From the NCBI GenBank assembly GCA_035221665.1, contig CM069132.1:135284001-135348000 (forward strand): a DNA stretch of 64,000 nucleotides. The letters run 5' to 3'. Source of the stretch: Okamejei kenojei (Eukaryota). This document shows, one piece after another, positions 48,965 to 61,883 of the stretch. Numbering within the stretch: position 1 is the first letter of the stretch; each line of letters begins with the position of its first letter. The position numbers and the translations under genes were made by a program. The notes beneath the pieces are model-generated. The model worked only from the letters and a program-made list of their open reading frames with translations, searched no databases and was not told where the DNA came from.

Positions 48965-51430
48965 TGCTATAACCTATACGCCAGGTTGTAAGGGTGATAG
49001 GCAAGATGGTAGCTGCCTTCCCAGGCTCATGATATGGGCCCATGCTTTATAGAAATCTGGAACGTGGTAAGGCTTGGCCGCTAAGATTCCATAAAGGTAA
49101 AGACCTGTGAAGTTGATGACATAGGTGAAATCTGAATGACAGTGGTGGATTGAAAACATACATGGGTGTTCTGGAGGCATTCTACAGAGTAAACCCACAA
49201 CTACATTACAAAGTGATGCCAGTGGACTAGGTTGGGGAGCAACTAACACCAACTCTACTTGTGGTGGTAGGTGGAATGAGGAAGAGTTATGACTTGGCCA
49301 GAAGTATGGTATAAATTATTTGGAAATGTTAGCAGCATTCCTTGCCTTGAAAACATAATGTGGTAATGAACATGATGTGCATGTCAGGCTATAAGTGGAT
49401 AATATTACAGCAGTATCGTATTTAAATTATATGGGTTATTGTAGGTCTCTATCATGTGACACACTGGCTAAGGCCATTTAGTCATGGTGTTTAGATAGAA
49501 GAATATGGGAGTCAGCTGCTCATTTGCCAGGTAGGTACAATGTTGTAGCAGACGCTAGGTCTCGGAAATTCAATGAACGAACAGAATGGATGCTAATTCA
49601 GTATTCAAGAAGATAATATCTCGATATGGAACACCTGTGATTGATCTGTTTGCTTCAAGACTTAACAATCAACTACCAAGATATGTACCAAGCCTGGCAA
49701 CCGGACCCAGGGGCAGAAGCAGCTATCCCTCCATTCTGCCTTATCGGGAGATGCTTGCAGAAGATAATTCAGGACAAGCCATCAGGCATTATTGTAGTTC
49801 CAAATTGGCCTACTCAACCATGGTTTCCATTATTGAAAGGACTACTCAAGGAAGCTCCCATGGTTGTTCACAGACATGAACAGTTGTTAATGCAGCCTGT
49901 CACTCAGGAAACTCATCCAGTGCATGATCGCACTGATTTATTAATTTGCAGGATTTAAGGAGATCTTTCGAGTGAATAGGACTAACCAACAGGACGGTTG
50001 ATGTGATAACTGCAGCTTGGCGAGATGGCACAAGAAGGCAGTACTCCTCATACATCAAACAAGGGAAAAGTTTTGTGAGGAGGCAAATCTAAATTACTTT
50101 AAGGGGGAAATAGCCGATGTTTTGGAGTCCCTTTAAGTTTTATTTTTTGAGAAACGTTTAAGTTATAGTGCTATTAACACTGCTCGCAGTGCCTTATCAT
50201 TATATCTAGTGCTCTGGTTCGGACATCAAACTATTGGCACCCATCCATTGGTGTCTAAGTTCATGAAAGGTGTCTTTAACTTGAACCCTCCAAGGCCTAG
50301 ATATAATGTTGTATGGAATGTGAAGGTTGTTTTAAGACTACTTCGCAATCTGGCACCAGCCGCATCTCTGTCATTGGTTCAGCTCACTCACAAATTAGTG
50401 ATGCTTATGGTACTTATCTCAACGCAAAGATCTCAGTCTTTGCATAAACTTCGCCTGGATAACTCTGTGGTATCGGACAAAAAGGTGGTATTTTACATGA
50501 GTGAATTGATTAAGCAGAGCAGGCCAAGTGCGTTGGGGTACAAATTAGAGCTGGAGGCATATCTACCTGATCGGAGAATGTGTTTGGTTACTTATGTAAA
50601 GAAATACATTGTTACAAAAAACCTTTGAGGTAACGAACAAGCTTTCTTTATAATTTATAAAAAGCCACACAAGAGGGTGACAATGCAAACCATTTCTAGG
50701 TGGATAAAATGCACGCTATCAGATGCGGGAGTGGATACTGATATTTTCAAGCCTCACTCTACCAGGGCTGCAGCTACATCGGCAGCAAATAAAATGGAGG
50801 TTCTGCTTGATCACATTCTTGCAACAGCAAGATGTGCAGATGAAGGCACTTCTCAGAAGTTTTATAATAAGCCAATTAACAGGCCTGGTCAATTTGCAAA
50901 TAGAATTCTGAGGTGTTGATTAAGACAATAGTCTATCCCTGAGGTAAGGGGCTGCTTCTGTTAAAGAGTGTGTACATGTATGTAATTTAACATCATATTT
51001 GAATGAAGTATGTTTTTCTTTCAACCGTTTATGGTTTGTCTATGTGGTATGTTTCACATACAGATTGGTTTACTGCATGAAACCACAGAGCTTCGAAGGC
51101 TTCACGTAGTCTAATCATGAGACTTCGATATAAAATAGAAAGATTAAATGAAATCTTACCGTTTGAAGTTTGACCTTTATTTGATGAGAAGTTGGAGAGA
51201 GAGACTACGTGCCCTCCCAACCCTGAATCTCATAAAGATCATTCGGTAAGTCAAGCATTATTAATCTTTCTATAGGTTAAATTCATGAAAGTGGTCTGTG
51301 GTTTCACACAGTTGCTTTGAAGATTGACACGCATGCAGGCTGGCGGGTTCTTCACCTAGTCTCTCGCTCCAACTTCTCATAAAATAAAAATCAAACTTCG
51401 AACAGTAAGCTTTTGTTTAATCTTTCTATT
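48965..51430 (+). mobile_element. DIRS1-like tyrosine-recombinase retrotransposon, 5'-truncated and decayed
   Basis: RNase H motifs (TLQSDASGLGWGA, INYLEMLAAFLAL, VDNITAVSYLN, AAHLPGRYNVVADARSR), methyltransferase-like domain (IDLFASRLN, PPFCLIGRCLQKI...VVPNWPTQPWFPLL), tyrosine recombinase (STQRSQ, KPHSTRAAATS, QKFYNKP) and a terminal inverted complementary pair 51134-51210 / 51353-51430. Several stops and frameshifts; 5' boundary approximate. Confidence 0.92.
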
Positions 51431-52100
51431 TCTTATCATCTATGGCTACACCACTCTTCCTGTCAGGTTTTTGTACTTTACAATATATTAACCATAAACA
51501 TGTAATTAATTCTTTAAATGTTAACATTCCTAATTTCCTCGCATTTCCTCAATCTGCAACAGCTAACTCAGACCTCATAATTTTGTGGTTTAATTTATTT
51601 TAGATTTAAGATCCTATTTCCAGGTCAAATTAAATCATTGTGATTTTTTATAGATAATTCTATTCCATTCCTCTAGGTGCTCCAGTTCACTTCCTTACCC
51701 CAAAGACATACCAGTTTGTAAGTTAATTGGGCATCGGTTAAATTGACACTCAGGTGTAGGGAACGGATGAGAAAGTGGAATAACATAGAACTGGTGTGAA
51801 CGGGTGATCAATGGTCAGCTGAAGAGTCTGCTTCCATGCTTATCTCTAAACTAAACTCCCACCACCCTTCCTTAAACATACCAAAACCACAAGATTAGTA
51901 GTTAAACCCTTTCTCATTGCTCGTCATCAAGCAAATGAGATTAAGCAGAATTGAGAGCTGGATCAGCAAAGACTTGCATTGTGGAAGATGTTCAACAATC
52001 TACGCCTGGATGAAGGTACTATTCTTGCATCAATACATGAATCATAATTGTTTTTATCATGACAGAAATTCAGACTTATGGTGGCTGTTGCAATCATTAC

Positions 52101-53044
52101 CTGCCCGCATTCTTGGAATCCTGCGTCTGGGAATGATGGATCCTGGAAGATGATGATAAGCTGTGCCTCCTGATCAATGCCGGGCTTTTCAGCTCTGACC
52201 TGGGAATTCGATTTTTGTCAGCTACCACACTGCTGACCACCTCCAGCCCCTTGATGTAAACGCCGGTATTGCCATGCCGGCCGGCCTCGCTCGGGCTAAT
52301 CTCTCGCTGCCACAGCTCAGCGCTTTGAGTCTTCCTCATGATCTTTTTCAACGGCTGCTTTTTGTGCCGGGGTCCCGGTGAGGTAGGGGGCTCAGAGTGA
52401 CAAGACGTGGCGGAGGAGCTCTCCGTACAGCTGTCGATGTCTTTGAAGTAGAACTCACTCCCTTGGGTCCGACTGCAAGCCGGGGCCGAGGAGGGTGGGG
52501 ACATGCTGCATGTATACAAAGGATCACCATTTTGGCCGAGCTCTTTATAGCCCGATGTAATGGAGCCGTTCAATGTCATTAATTCCTGGCCGTCTTTTTG
52601 CAGGTGCATCGTGCCATCGGGCCAAACCCCGTTCTGTAATGTCTTGGTGCTTTTCTGGCTTGGAGAATCTCCGAGTTCATCTGATCCTTCCGTGTCAAAT
52701 TCACCACTGGTCCTAGGCCCTTCATCCTCCGAGTGCACTGTGGTGCCTAGGTTGCTGCTCTGGCTCTCCTGGACTCTGAGTGCTGCAGCCAGCACCTCCT
52801 CTAAAAGGTGCCTGGTCTGTTGGCACTTCATCCACTGTACGTTCCACTGCTTCAGCTCCCGAGCACTACCAAGGGCATGAACCATCTCATTCAATGTCTC
52901 AAAGTTTTCTGCATTGAATTTGGTGGCCTCTTGGTGGTATCTTTCCAGATTTTGGACCATAGTGGTGGTGTCCAACAAAGTGCTTTGCTGACTTACTTTC
53001 AGTTGCCTTAGATAATCACTGCAGTGCAAGATCCACTGATCAGC
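52101..53044 (-). CDS. PLEKHG4B: PLEKHG4B large exon (end of spectrin region plus Ser/Pro-rich linker)
   Basis: tttag|GCT GAT CAG TGG ... GGC AG|gtaatg, 944 nt (phase 0 to 2); matches the 310-aa ORF 52097..53029(-), including KQPLKKIMRKTQS and TGVYIKGLEV. Confidence 0.92.
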
Positions 53045-53298
53045 CTAAAGAGAAAGTTGAAAATATCAGAATTGAACAGATTTTAGTGATAATCATCAAA
53101 TCACATCCTCATTGGAAACCCTTAGACCATTTTTAATCGGACGACTGAACTTTTTCTTGCACTAAATGTTATTCATGTTATTCCCTTAATCATGTATCTG
53201 TACACTGTGGATGGCTCGATTGTAATCATGTATTGTCGTTCAGCTGAATGGTTGGCGCGCAACAAAAGCTTTTCACTGTATCTCAGTACACGTGATAA

Positions 53299-53737
53299 CC
53301 ATATAACAATTACAGCACGGAAACAGGCCCTCTCGGCCCTTCCAGTCCGTGCCGACCATTTGTTTTCCCCTAGTCCCATCTATCTGCACTCAGACCATAC
53401 CCCTCCATTCCCTTCACGTCCATATACCTATCCACTTTACTCTTAAATGTTAAAATCGATCCTGCCTCCACCACTTCTGCTGGAAGCTCATTCCACACAG
53501 CCACCACCCTCTGAGTAAAGAAGTTCCCCCTCACGTTACCCCGAAACTTCTGTCCCTTAATTCTCATGTCATGCCCTCTTGTTTGAATCTTCCCTACCCT
53601 CAATGGGAAAAACGTATCCACGTCAACTCTGTCTATCCCTTTCATCATTTTAAAGATCTCAATCAAGTCCCCCCTTAACCTTCTGCGCTCCAAAGAATAA
53701 AGACCTAACCTTCTGCGCTCCAAAGAATAAAGACCTA
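53299..53737 (-). mobile_element. Young CR1-type LINE 3' fragment, copy D, with a 30-bp tandem duplication at its 5' junction
   Basis: Near-identical to copy A; TSD GATAA at 53294-53298 and 53738-53742; translation shows LGLYSLERRR twice. Confidence 0.9.
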
Positions 53738-54525
53738 GATAATAAAGTAAACTGAACTCGTGTATGAAGAAGAGCATAATCTTGGCGCATATATCCCAAG
53801 ATTGGTAGATAAGGTAATTAAGAGAGAGGTGGGATAGTTACCTTCAATAATGGAGCACAGACTAAACGAGTAGGAAGATCATAGCACAACTATATAAACC
53901 ATTATGTGTAGGAAAAAAACAGCAGGTGTTGGTTTAAACTGAAGATAGACACAAAATGCTGGAGTAAGTCAGCGGACCAGGCAGCATTTCTGGAGAGAAG
54001 GAATGGGTGACGTTTCGGGTCGAGAAGCTTCTTCAGGCTAATAAATCACCAGTTAGGGCACAGCTGGAGTTCTGTGCCTGGTTCTGGTCATCATGCTAAA
54101 GGAAGTTTGTTTTTTTCAAAATAGAGTGCAAAGAAGATTTACCAAGTTATTGCCTTGGATGGAGTATGTCAGTTATGAAGAGAGACTGGATGGTCTGGGT
54201 TTATTTTCTCTGAGCAGAGAAGACTGAGGAGGGACCAGATTGATATCTGGAAGTATGGGAGAAATGGGCAAGTGAGAGTGCAAGAATCTTTTCCCCTTTT
54301 CCCCACAGCATAGATCTTTATTATATAGGAGATTTAGAGGAAATTTGAGGAAAAATAATTTCACCCAGAGTGGCTCATTTTTAGTAAAGCAACAACAAAA
54401 TATATGGCATGAAGTAAATAGTGGAAATCACCAATACACTAGAATTAATTTCCAATAAAATAGAGGAAACCAGCATTCAAAATGGAAATCTACATCAAGT
54501 AAGAGGAACATCGTAAGCCACTTAC

Positions 54526-54717
54526 CGTCTCATAAAATTCATACAAATTAACTATGTTGTCCATATCCGTTCTCTGCCTTTCTAGTTTGCTGATGAAGTT
54601 ACTCAGAAATTGCTTGAATTCCTTAATTATTTCTTCCAAATGCAGCAACTCGTTGTGTGACTGATTGTTCAGATGGCCAGCATCTTTAATCAGCTGCATT
54701 CCTCTTTTGTAATGTTG
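54526..54717 (-). CDS. PLEKHG4B: PLEKHG4B exon: QHYKRGMQLIKDAGH...LERQRTDMDNIVNLYEFYET
   Basis: tatag|CAA ... ACG|gtaagt, 192 nt, phase 0/0; overlaps ORF 54490..54699(-); helical, spectrin-like. Confidence 0.88.
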
Positions 54718-55374
54718 CTATAACAACAAAGTTAGATTCAACGTTTGCCAACTCACACCACTTGTGATCATCAGACCATGGTCCACTTTGCCTGACAAAA
54801 TGCCTTAAAATTACACTCGGGTCAAGTCAACGTTTACTCATTATTTCCACCCCAGAGGTAATTCTTCACTCCGGTAAATCCAAAAAACAGGGTAGCCAAA
54901 AGGTGGAAAGAAGTAAGGATGCGTGTTCCTCAGGTTGGTTGAGCATTTACAATTTGGTTGGTGACGTTGTGCAGCTTTCCTGAGCAGAACATTAACTCCA
55001 CACTATCTGATGCACCATTAATGCATTGAGGTCCATTCTGTCACGAGTGGCCCTGAACTACTAGCATGGTTACATGAAAACAGTGGAAAAGATGTCAAAT
55101 CCTGGTGACAGATCTGTGTTATGGGAATAACGCCATCTGTGGCGTAGTGCCCAAGATGGATCCTGAATAAAGATGGCTGAACCCAAGTCACGATTGTAAA
55201 GCCTCCGATAGTTAGTTCTGATGCCGTGATGTAATGTAGCAATTTACAGGCGTTACAGATAAATAAGGAAATGCAACATTAAAACAATCTGCACCTGTAA
55301 CTCTTGTCACTGAGCCATTTAGTTCCTGGGTCACTGGAAACTTAAAACCTCTTGATCTCTGCTGGATAGTGTAA

Positions 55375-56168
55375 TGGACCTGTCCCACTTAGGCGACTTT
55401 TTAGGCGACTGCAGGAGACTATGCAGTCGCCACATGGTCGCCACATGTTCGCGGGTGGTTGTTGGGGAGTCTCCTTCATGGTCGTGAGGAGTTCCCGCAT
55501 CCTCGGAACTAGTTGCGGCCTCATTATGGTCGCTGCAAAATTTTCAACATGTTGAAAAATTAGCGGCGATTAGAATGAAGCCGCCATGTAGAGTGGCGAG
55601 AATTCTCGTGCCATAGATGGGTCACCAGGAGGTTGAAGCTTCTCTTAGGTTCTTGTATGTTGTAGCCGGTGCTGACTGGGGAATTTCATTGGCTCATTGG
55701 GGGAAAAACCACGTAAGCAGTAGTTTTCAGAACAAGGATAATCGAACCAAGGATAAAATGCTAATGTCCGCCGAGCTTCACAGCCGTGTATCTCTGGCTT
55801 CTTAAAAGTTGTCTCCACCCTTTCCCCCCTTCCCCCTCTCTCTCCCCCCCCCCTTTCCCCCCTCTTTTAAAGGACTTACCGTACACTGTGATTTTTAGCT
55901 TCTTAATTACAGCGCCAACCTTCCTGTGCATCGCGGTGTGTGTCTGTATCAAATTGGCTTTGCACCGTGTGAATTTCACTCAGACAGCGCTCCCTCCACT
56001 TGCCCTGTCCCCCGCCTGCGTAATGGGCTGGTGAAGGAAGCGATGTGTTTGTGTGTGTGTGTTCCACTCTGACAGTCGCCGTTCCAGTTGCCGGTTTTTC
56101 AGGCGACAGCCGGCAAATTGACAGTCACCGGCAGTCGCCTGGAAAATTGCCTAAGTGGGACAGGCCCA
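55375..56168. mobile_element. PIF/Harbinger-type MITE
   Basis: TIRs TGGACCTGTCCCACTTAGGCGACTTTT / AAAATTGCCTAAGTGGGACAGGCCCA; 3-bp TSD TAA at 55372-55374 and 56169-56171; no coding capacity. Confidence 0.85.
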
Positions 56169-57029
56169 TAACACTGAGAGATACAATATTGTTATTCTCA
56201 TTTCTATCATGTATGCCATGTATCATTTGAAAATTCTTTGTTGAAGTGTATTCAACTATCACAAGGTTAGAATAGGTAAAATGCAAATGGAAAATGGTGA
56301 ATAGGGAGATGTTTTATTAAGAAATTCTTCAATCCCATTCAAATATTTACAGACGTTGATGGCGCAATATGGCATTATTGTACCAATTGACTGAATATAG
56401 AGATTTTATTTCAGTTTTGGGAACTATTTGTGCTTCTTTGCTTTTTGTCAACATCACCACAGATCAGGTTTATCTATTGTATCTTGAAATTCCCTCTGCT
56501 CCACTACAAATGGTTTTCTGAAACTAATGCAAGTTGTTGATAATCATTTCATCCAGAATCAGATAGATTGAACACTGAACAATGAACAAAAGGGCACAGG
56601 TCTGTACTTTCATAAGAGACAAGTGACCTGAATTTTAAACAAATATGTTCTGTCTGCTTAATAGAATGTCTATCACATAAGATATTTATAATATCAATAG
56701 GATAGTCTAGGACTAGAGATCATAGCCTCAAAATTAAAGGAAGTTCTTTTAAGAAGGAGATGAGGAGGAATTTCTTTAGTCAGAGGGTGGTGAATTTGTG
56801 GAATTCTTTGCCAGAGAGGGCAGTGGAGGCTAACTCACTCGATATTTTTAAAGCAGAGATAGATAGATTCTTGATTAGTACGGGTGTCACGGGGTTATGG
56901 GGAGAAATCAGGAGAATGGGGTTAGGAGGGAGATCGATCTGCCATGATTGAATGGCAGAGTTGAATGGCCTAATTCAGCTCTCCTATCACTTATGACCTT
57001 ATAAATAAGTTACTATTTACAACACTTAC

Positions 57030-57152
57030 CACAGCCAGGCTGTAGAAGGTATTATACTCGTCCTGCTTTTGTTTCAATGCTTCCAGAGAATGTGGCAAGC
57101 AATCTATTTGATCGAAGTGCTTTTTTCCCTCACTCTCAGCCCAATGTTGTAT
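57030..57152 (-). CDS. PLEKHG4B: PLEKHG4B exon: IQHWAESEGKKHFDQIDCLPHSLEALKQKQDEYNTFYSLAV
   Basis: cctgtag|ATA ... GTG|gtaagt, 123 nt, phase 0/0, open frame with a spectrin-repeat-like Trp. Confidence 0.85.
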
Positions 57153-58152
57153 CTACAGGTAATAAAAGTTCATTAGGATGCACATTAATTATCCACTCAT
57201 TGCAACTCAAACCATCCACAATGCAGTGACCACCAAACAATAGGATTGTAAAGTGAACGATTAGCATACTGGATGCAGAATAAAATTGTATATAATACAT
57301 GCTATCTGTTATATTGAATTGACCTTTTTTAAAGTTGTGATGTGTTAGGTTGTAAGGCAAGTTATCAAAAGATCTCTCATGATTATTTTTTTCCTGTCAC
57401 AAATCGGCACGAGATCCAGACAAGTCGCAATGCATCGTGGAAAAATGAATCTATTGACATGCAGGCCACCACCAATGTCATAAAAATAGCCAGGAATTGG
57501 AATGGTTGTGTTTAGTGCTAAAGTTAAATTAATCCCGGCAGAAACAAAGATGACAGAATTAAGAAAGACTTTTGAATGGGCAAATATGGTCCCTTACGCA
57601 CAGAAACAAGGTCTAAAGCAGAACTTGCATTATTTTCAATGGGATCACATCCACTTTCGCACAGTCCCTCAAAGACACACACCCCATGGCATCCAAGCAA
57701 CAACAACACAAATGTCAGTTGATGAGGAGACATAGGCAGTGGAAAGACAGGCAGCTCCCACATTCACCGAAGGGGACTGGCAGGTCTTGATTAATGAGGG
57801 AAACACCACAAGATCCAATTCATCAGGGAGGGAGCGAGGAGTGGGAGTGAATAGAAACCCCCCATATTAATAAACGAGCAAAAAACTGACAACAGACACA
57901 CCCTGGAGTGAGAATCCACACATAATGAAGCAGTGCTGAAAGAAATTCTATGTCTTACAAAAGTGTGTCATGTCTGTTCTGGTTCTGGAGCAGCTTCTTC
58001 CCAACAACCATCGGGCTATCACAGCAATCTCCAACTAAACTCCAAACTACACAGACCTGGGGCTTTGTTTTGTCTTTGCACTATTCTTATATACTGAACT
58101 ATTTTGTTGTTTATTATGGTGTTTACAGAGTACTAGGTTTACATATCAGTTG

Positions 58153-58389
58153 AAGGTAGACAAAAAATGCTGGAGAAACTCAGCAGGTGAGACAGCATCT
58201 ATGGAGAGAAGGAATAGGTGACGTTTCAGGTCGAGACCCTTCTTCAGACTGATGTCGGGGGGGGGGGGGGGGGGAGAAAAGGAAAGTAGGCGGAGACAGT
58301 AGGACTCATGGGAGAACTGGGAAGGGGGAGAGGAACGAGGGAGAAAGCAAGGGCTATCTAAAATTAGAGAAGTCCATGTTCATATCAGG
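58153..58389 (-). mobile_element. Penelope-derived mini-element
   Basis: Hammerhead-like core on the minus strand; TSD TTACATATCAGTTG at 58139-58152 and 58390-58403. Confidence 0.82.
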
Positions 58390-58604
58390 TTACATATCAG
58401 TTGTGCTGCTGCAAGTGAGAATTGCATTGTTCCGTTTCGGGACATACGACAATAATACACTCATGACTCTCTTGAACTGCACATCATTGTTTATACTGCA
58501 GTTTGGTGGTGCTCATAACAAATGTATTTTAGTCATAAACCTGAATTTTTTAACTAAGGTCTCTTTCATCAGCAAATACAAGTCATTGAAGGAACATTGC
58601 AACA

Positions 58605-58962
58605 AAAGGACTGGACAAGCTAGATGCAGGAAACATGTTCCCAATGTTGGGTGAGTCCAGAACCAGTCTTAGAATAAAGGGGAGGTCATTTAAGACTGAG
58701 GTGAGAAAAAACTTTTATACCCAGAGAGTTGTGAATTTATGGAATTCCCTGCCACAGAGGGCATTGGAGGCCAAATCACTGGATGGTTTTAAGAGCGAGT
58801 TAGATAGAGCTCTAGGGGCTAGTGGAGTCAAGGGATATGGGGAGAAGGCAGGCACGGGTTATTGATAGCGGACGAACAGCCATGATCACAATGAATGGCG
58901 GTGCTGGCTCAAAGGGCCAAATGGCCTCCTCCTGCACCTATTTTCTATGTTTCTATGTTTCT
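58605..58962 (+). mobile_element. CR1-type LINE 3' fragment with (TTTCTATG)n tail
   Basis: MFPMLGESRT...FYTQRVVNLWNSLPQRA. Confidence 0.85.
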
Positions 58963-59033
58963 GTAAATATGCATACTCATTTGATGATCAGAGCAGATTG
59001 TGAAAGGTTCCTACATATTATATCGGCTTTTCT

Positions 59034-59342
59034 GGGTGGCGTAGCATGAGAGCTACTGTCTTACAGCACGAGAGCTACTGTCTTACACCGGGTTCGATCC
59101 TGACTACGGGTGCTTGTCTGTACGGAGTTTGCACGTTCACACCATGACCTGCGTGGGTTTTCTCCGAGATCTTTGGTTTTCTCCCACACTCCAAAGACAC
59201 ACAGGTTTGAAGGTTAGTTGGCGGTATAAATGTAAAATTGTCCCTAGTGTGCAGGGTGCGTTAATGTGTGGGGATCGCTGGTCGGTGTCGACTAAGTGGG
59301 CAGAAGGACCTGTTTCTGCGGTGTATCTCTAAACTGGACTAA
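59034..59342 (+). repeat. tRNA-derived V-SINE (HE1-like)
   Basis: Same family; head contains a short internal tandem duplication (gagagctactgtcttaca twice). Confidence 0.8.
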
Positions 59343-60759
59343 ATTTTCCCACCTATATTATGTTTGTCTTAATGATTGGTATGCCAAGAGGGTTACCTGG
59401 TTTGCATTGAGGCCTATGGTTGTGCAGGCAAGCTAGGAGATGCTATCTCTCAGTCAATAAGTCACTTTATGCCAGTACCAACAATATCTTCTACTCAGCT
59501 GGGACATAGAACATAAAACAGTACAGCACAGAAACAGGCCCTTCAGCCCACAATGTCTGTGCTGAACACAATGCCAACAAGGGAAATTACTGTCATCCAC
59601 CTGCACATGATCAATATACTTCCATTCCCTGCATGTCCATGTCCCATTCCAAAAGCTTCGTAAGTGCCACTGTCATATCTGCCGCCACCACTGCCCCTGG
59701 CAGTGTATTCCAGGCACCCATCACCCTCTGGGTAGAAAACCTGCATGCACATCTTCTTTAAACTTTCCCAGCTATAATGCTGCCAGGAATCGAGTGCCTG
59801 GGCTATAGGGAGAGGTTGGACAAGCTTTTAAGACATTAAGACTTTATTCCTTGGGGTACAGGAGTTTGAGCATTGATCTCAAAGATCATAAGGGTAATAG
59901 ATAGGGTGAATGCACAGAGTCTTTTACCCAGAGTAGAGGAATCAAGAACCAGAGGACATAGGTTTAAAATGAGAGGGGAAACATATAATAGGAACCTGAG
60001 GGGCAACCTTTATACACAGCTGATAGTGGCCATCTGGAATGAGCTGTGAGATGAGGTAGTTGAGGCATCTATTATAACAACATTTAAAAGACATTTGGAC
60101 AAGTACATGGATAGGAAATGTTTAGAAGGATATAAGCAAATGTGGGCAGGTGTGACAAGCATGGGCAAGTTGGGCTGATGGGCCTGTTTCTGTGCTGTAT
60201 GACTCTGATAATTGCTGTGAATTATTCAACCTGGAAGCCTTACTCCTCAACAAGCTCTGCCTCAAGGCTCTGGGATTTCTCTGACACCGTTGCATTCAGT
60301 TTGTCAGAGAGTACAGCAGAAGCAGACAATGATGCAGTCTCTACACCTACCTGGCGATTTACAGCAGGGCATCCTGGATTGATGCAGGCAACAAAATCTC
60401 ACCAAGAAACCCTTTCAACTAATATCCTCCCTCATGTGTGGCCCTTGCTGCTATTGAATTCAGCAACTGTGGTTGGAGAGCGCAAAGCATAGACTTTGGT
60501 ATCCATGGACTTGCGGCTCTGGACAATGCTTTCTGCTGCAAAAGTTCAACAATGTGTTGTTCGTCGGGATGTAAGGAAATACTTCTCATCATCCACCTCA
60601 AGCTGCGCAGTGAGAGAGTAGAAAGCTTTCCTACAGTGAACTCTGAAGCTGCTCAAATCGGCTCTGCTGATGTCAGCAGAATTTATATTGAAGCAGCAAA
60701 AACCAACAACACAGTAGCACAATATGTTCCCAATTATTAAACCAAAACTATTTTATTCG

Positions 60760-61062
60760 TTTAGAGTTTACAGATGCAGAGCGGAAACAGGCCCTTCGGC
60801 CCACCGAGCCCATGCCGACCAGCGATCCCCGCATTTTAACACTACCCACACACACTCTGGGGACAACGTACATTTATACAAAGCCAACTAGCCGACAAAC
60901 CTGTACGTCTTTGGAGTGTGGGAGGAATCCAAAGATCTTGGCGAAAACCCACGCGTTCACGGGGCGAATGTACAAACTCCATATGGACAGCACCCGTAGT
61001 CGGGATCGAAACAGGTCTCTGGAGCTGAAAGTGCTGTAAGGCAGCAACTCTACCACTGTGCC
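60760..61062 (-). repeat. tRNA-derived V-SINE (HE1-like)
   Basis: Same family, reverse orientation. Confidence 0.82.
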
Positions 61063-61883
61063 TTTTCACAACAGTCAACTTACGTTTATATGGCTGGAGC
61101 AGAGCATTTGGAGTCATTATAATATCATTGGAGGTGAAGCTGATGCTGATGCTGATAAAATGTATATGGTTTCGGTAAGTCCTGCCATTCTATGTTAAGT
61201 ATTAGAATCAGTACCATAAGCAGGCTGAACATGCTTTGGGGGTTCTACAGTGAAGATGCAGTAGCTTGACTCCTGGGACCAAGGGCTTGTTCGATGAGGA
61301 ATGACCATTATTCCCTTTATCCTGTATCTGTACACTGGGCAGCTGAAATGTAATTATATGTAGTCTTTCTGCTGACTGGATAGCATGCAACAAAAAGCTT
61401 TTCACTGTACCTCAGTACACTTAACAATAAACGAAACTGAACTTAACTAAAAGACCGAGTAGAATGGATCGGCAAATACTTAGTTGGAAGACTCCGAGGT
61501 AATTTCAGTGATTTGACTCTGATTGAGATTGTCAATGTAGATGTTGAGATGCACTTTTTTCCACTGGCTGGAGGACCAAAGTCCAGGCAGCAAACAGCTC
61601 AACATAACTGATATGCAATTCCTGACTAAGGTGTGGAGAAATGTGTTTATTTAAAGATCAGCAAATTGTTGGAAGTTTCTCCCCAAACAGCTGTTGTTGT
61701 GCCTATCTAAGGGTGAAATGGATAAGGATTTTGGCCACACAGAAAATCCAGTGATATGAGGATTGTGTAAGAATGTTGAGAGCCCCTCCCTTTTTCATTG
61801 AATTGTGGCTCAAACTCAAGATGTAGTGTAACCTAATTCTGCTGCTATCTTCTTATCTTCTTATGTTAGTAACTTTTTTTTAC

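Noticed and set aside
50209-50919. Phage integrase or horizontally acquired recombinase
   Set aside because: Directly follows DIRS RNase H and methyltransferase-like domains and precedes the DIRS terminal structure; it is the retrotransposon's own recombinase.
60142-60740. Repeat-poor stretch with several ORFs, as a possible extra PLEKHG4B exon
   Set aside because: Exons 61884 and 57152 already join in phase 0; I found no family similarity or good splice pair here.
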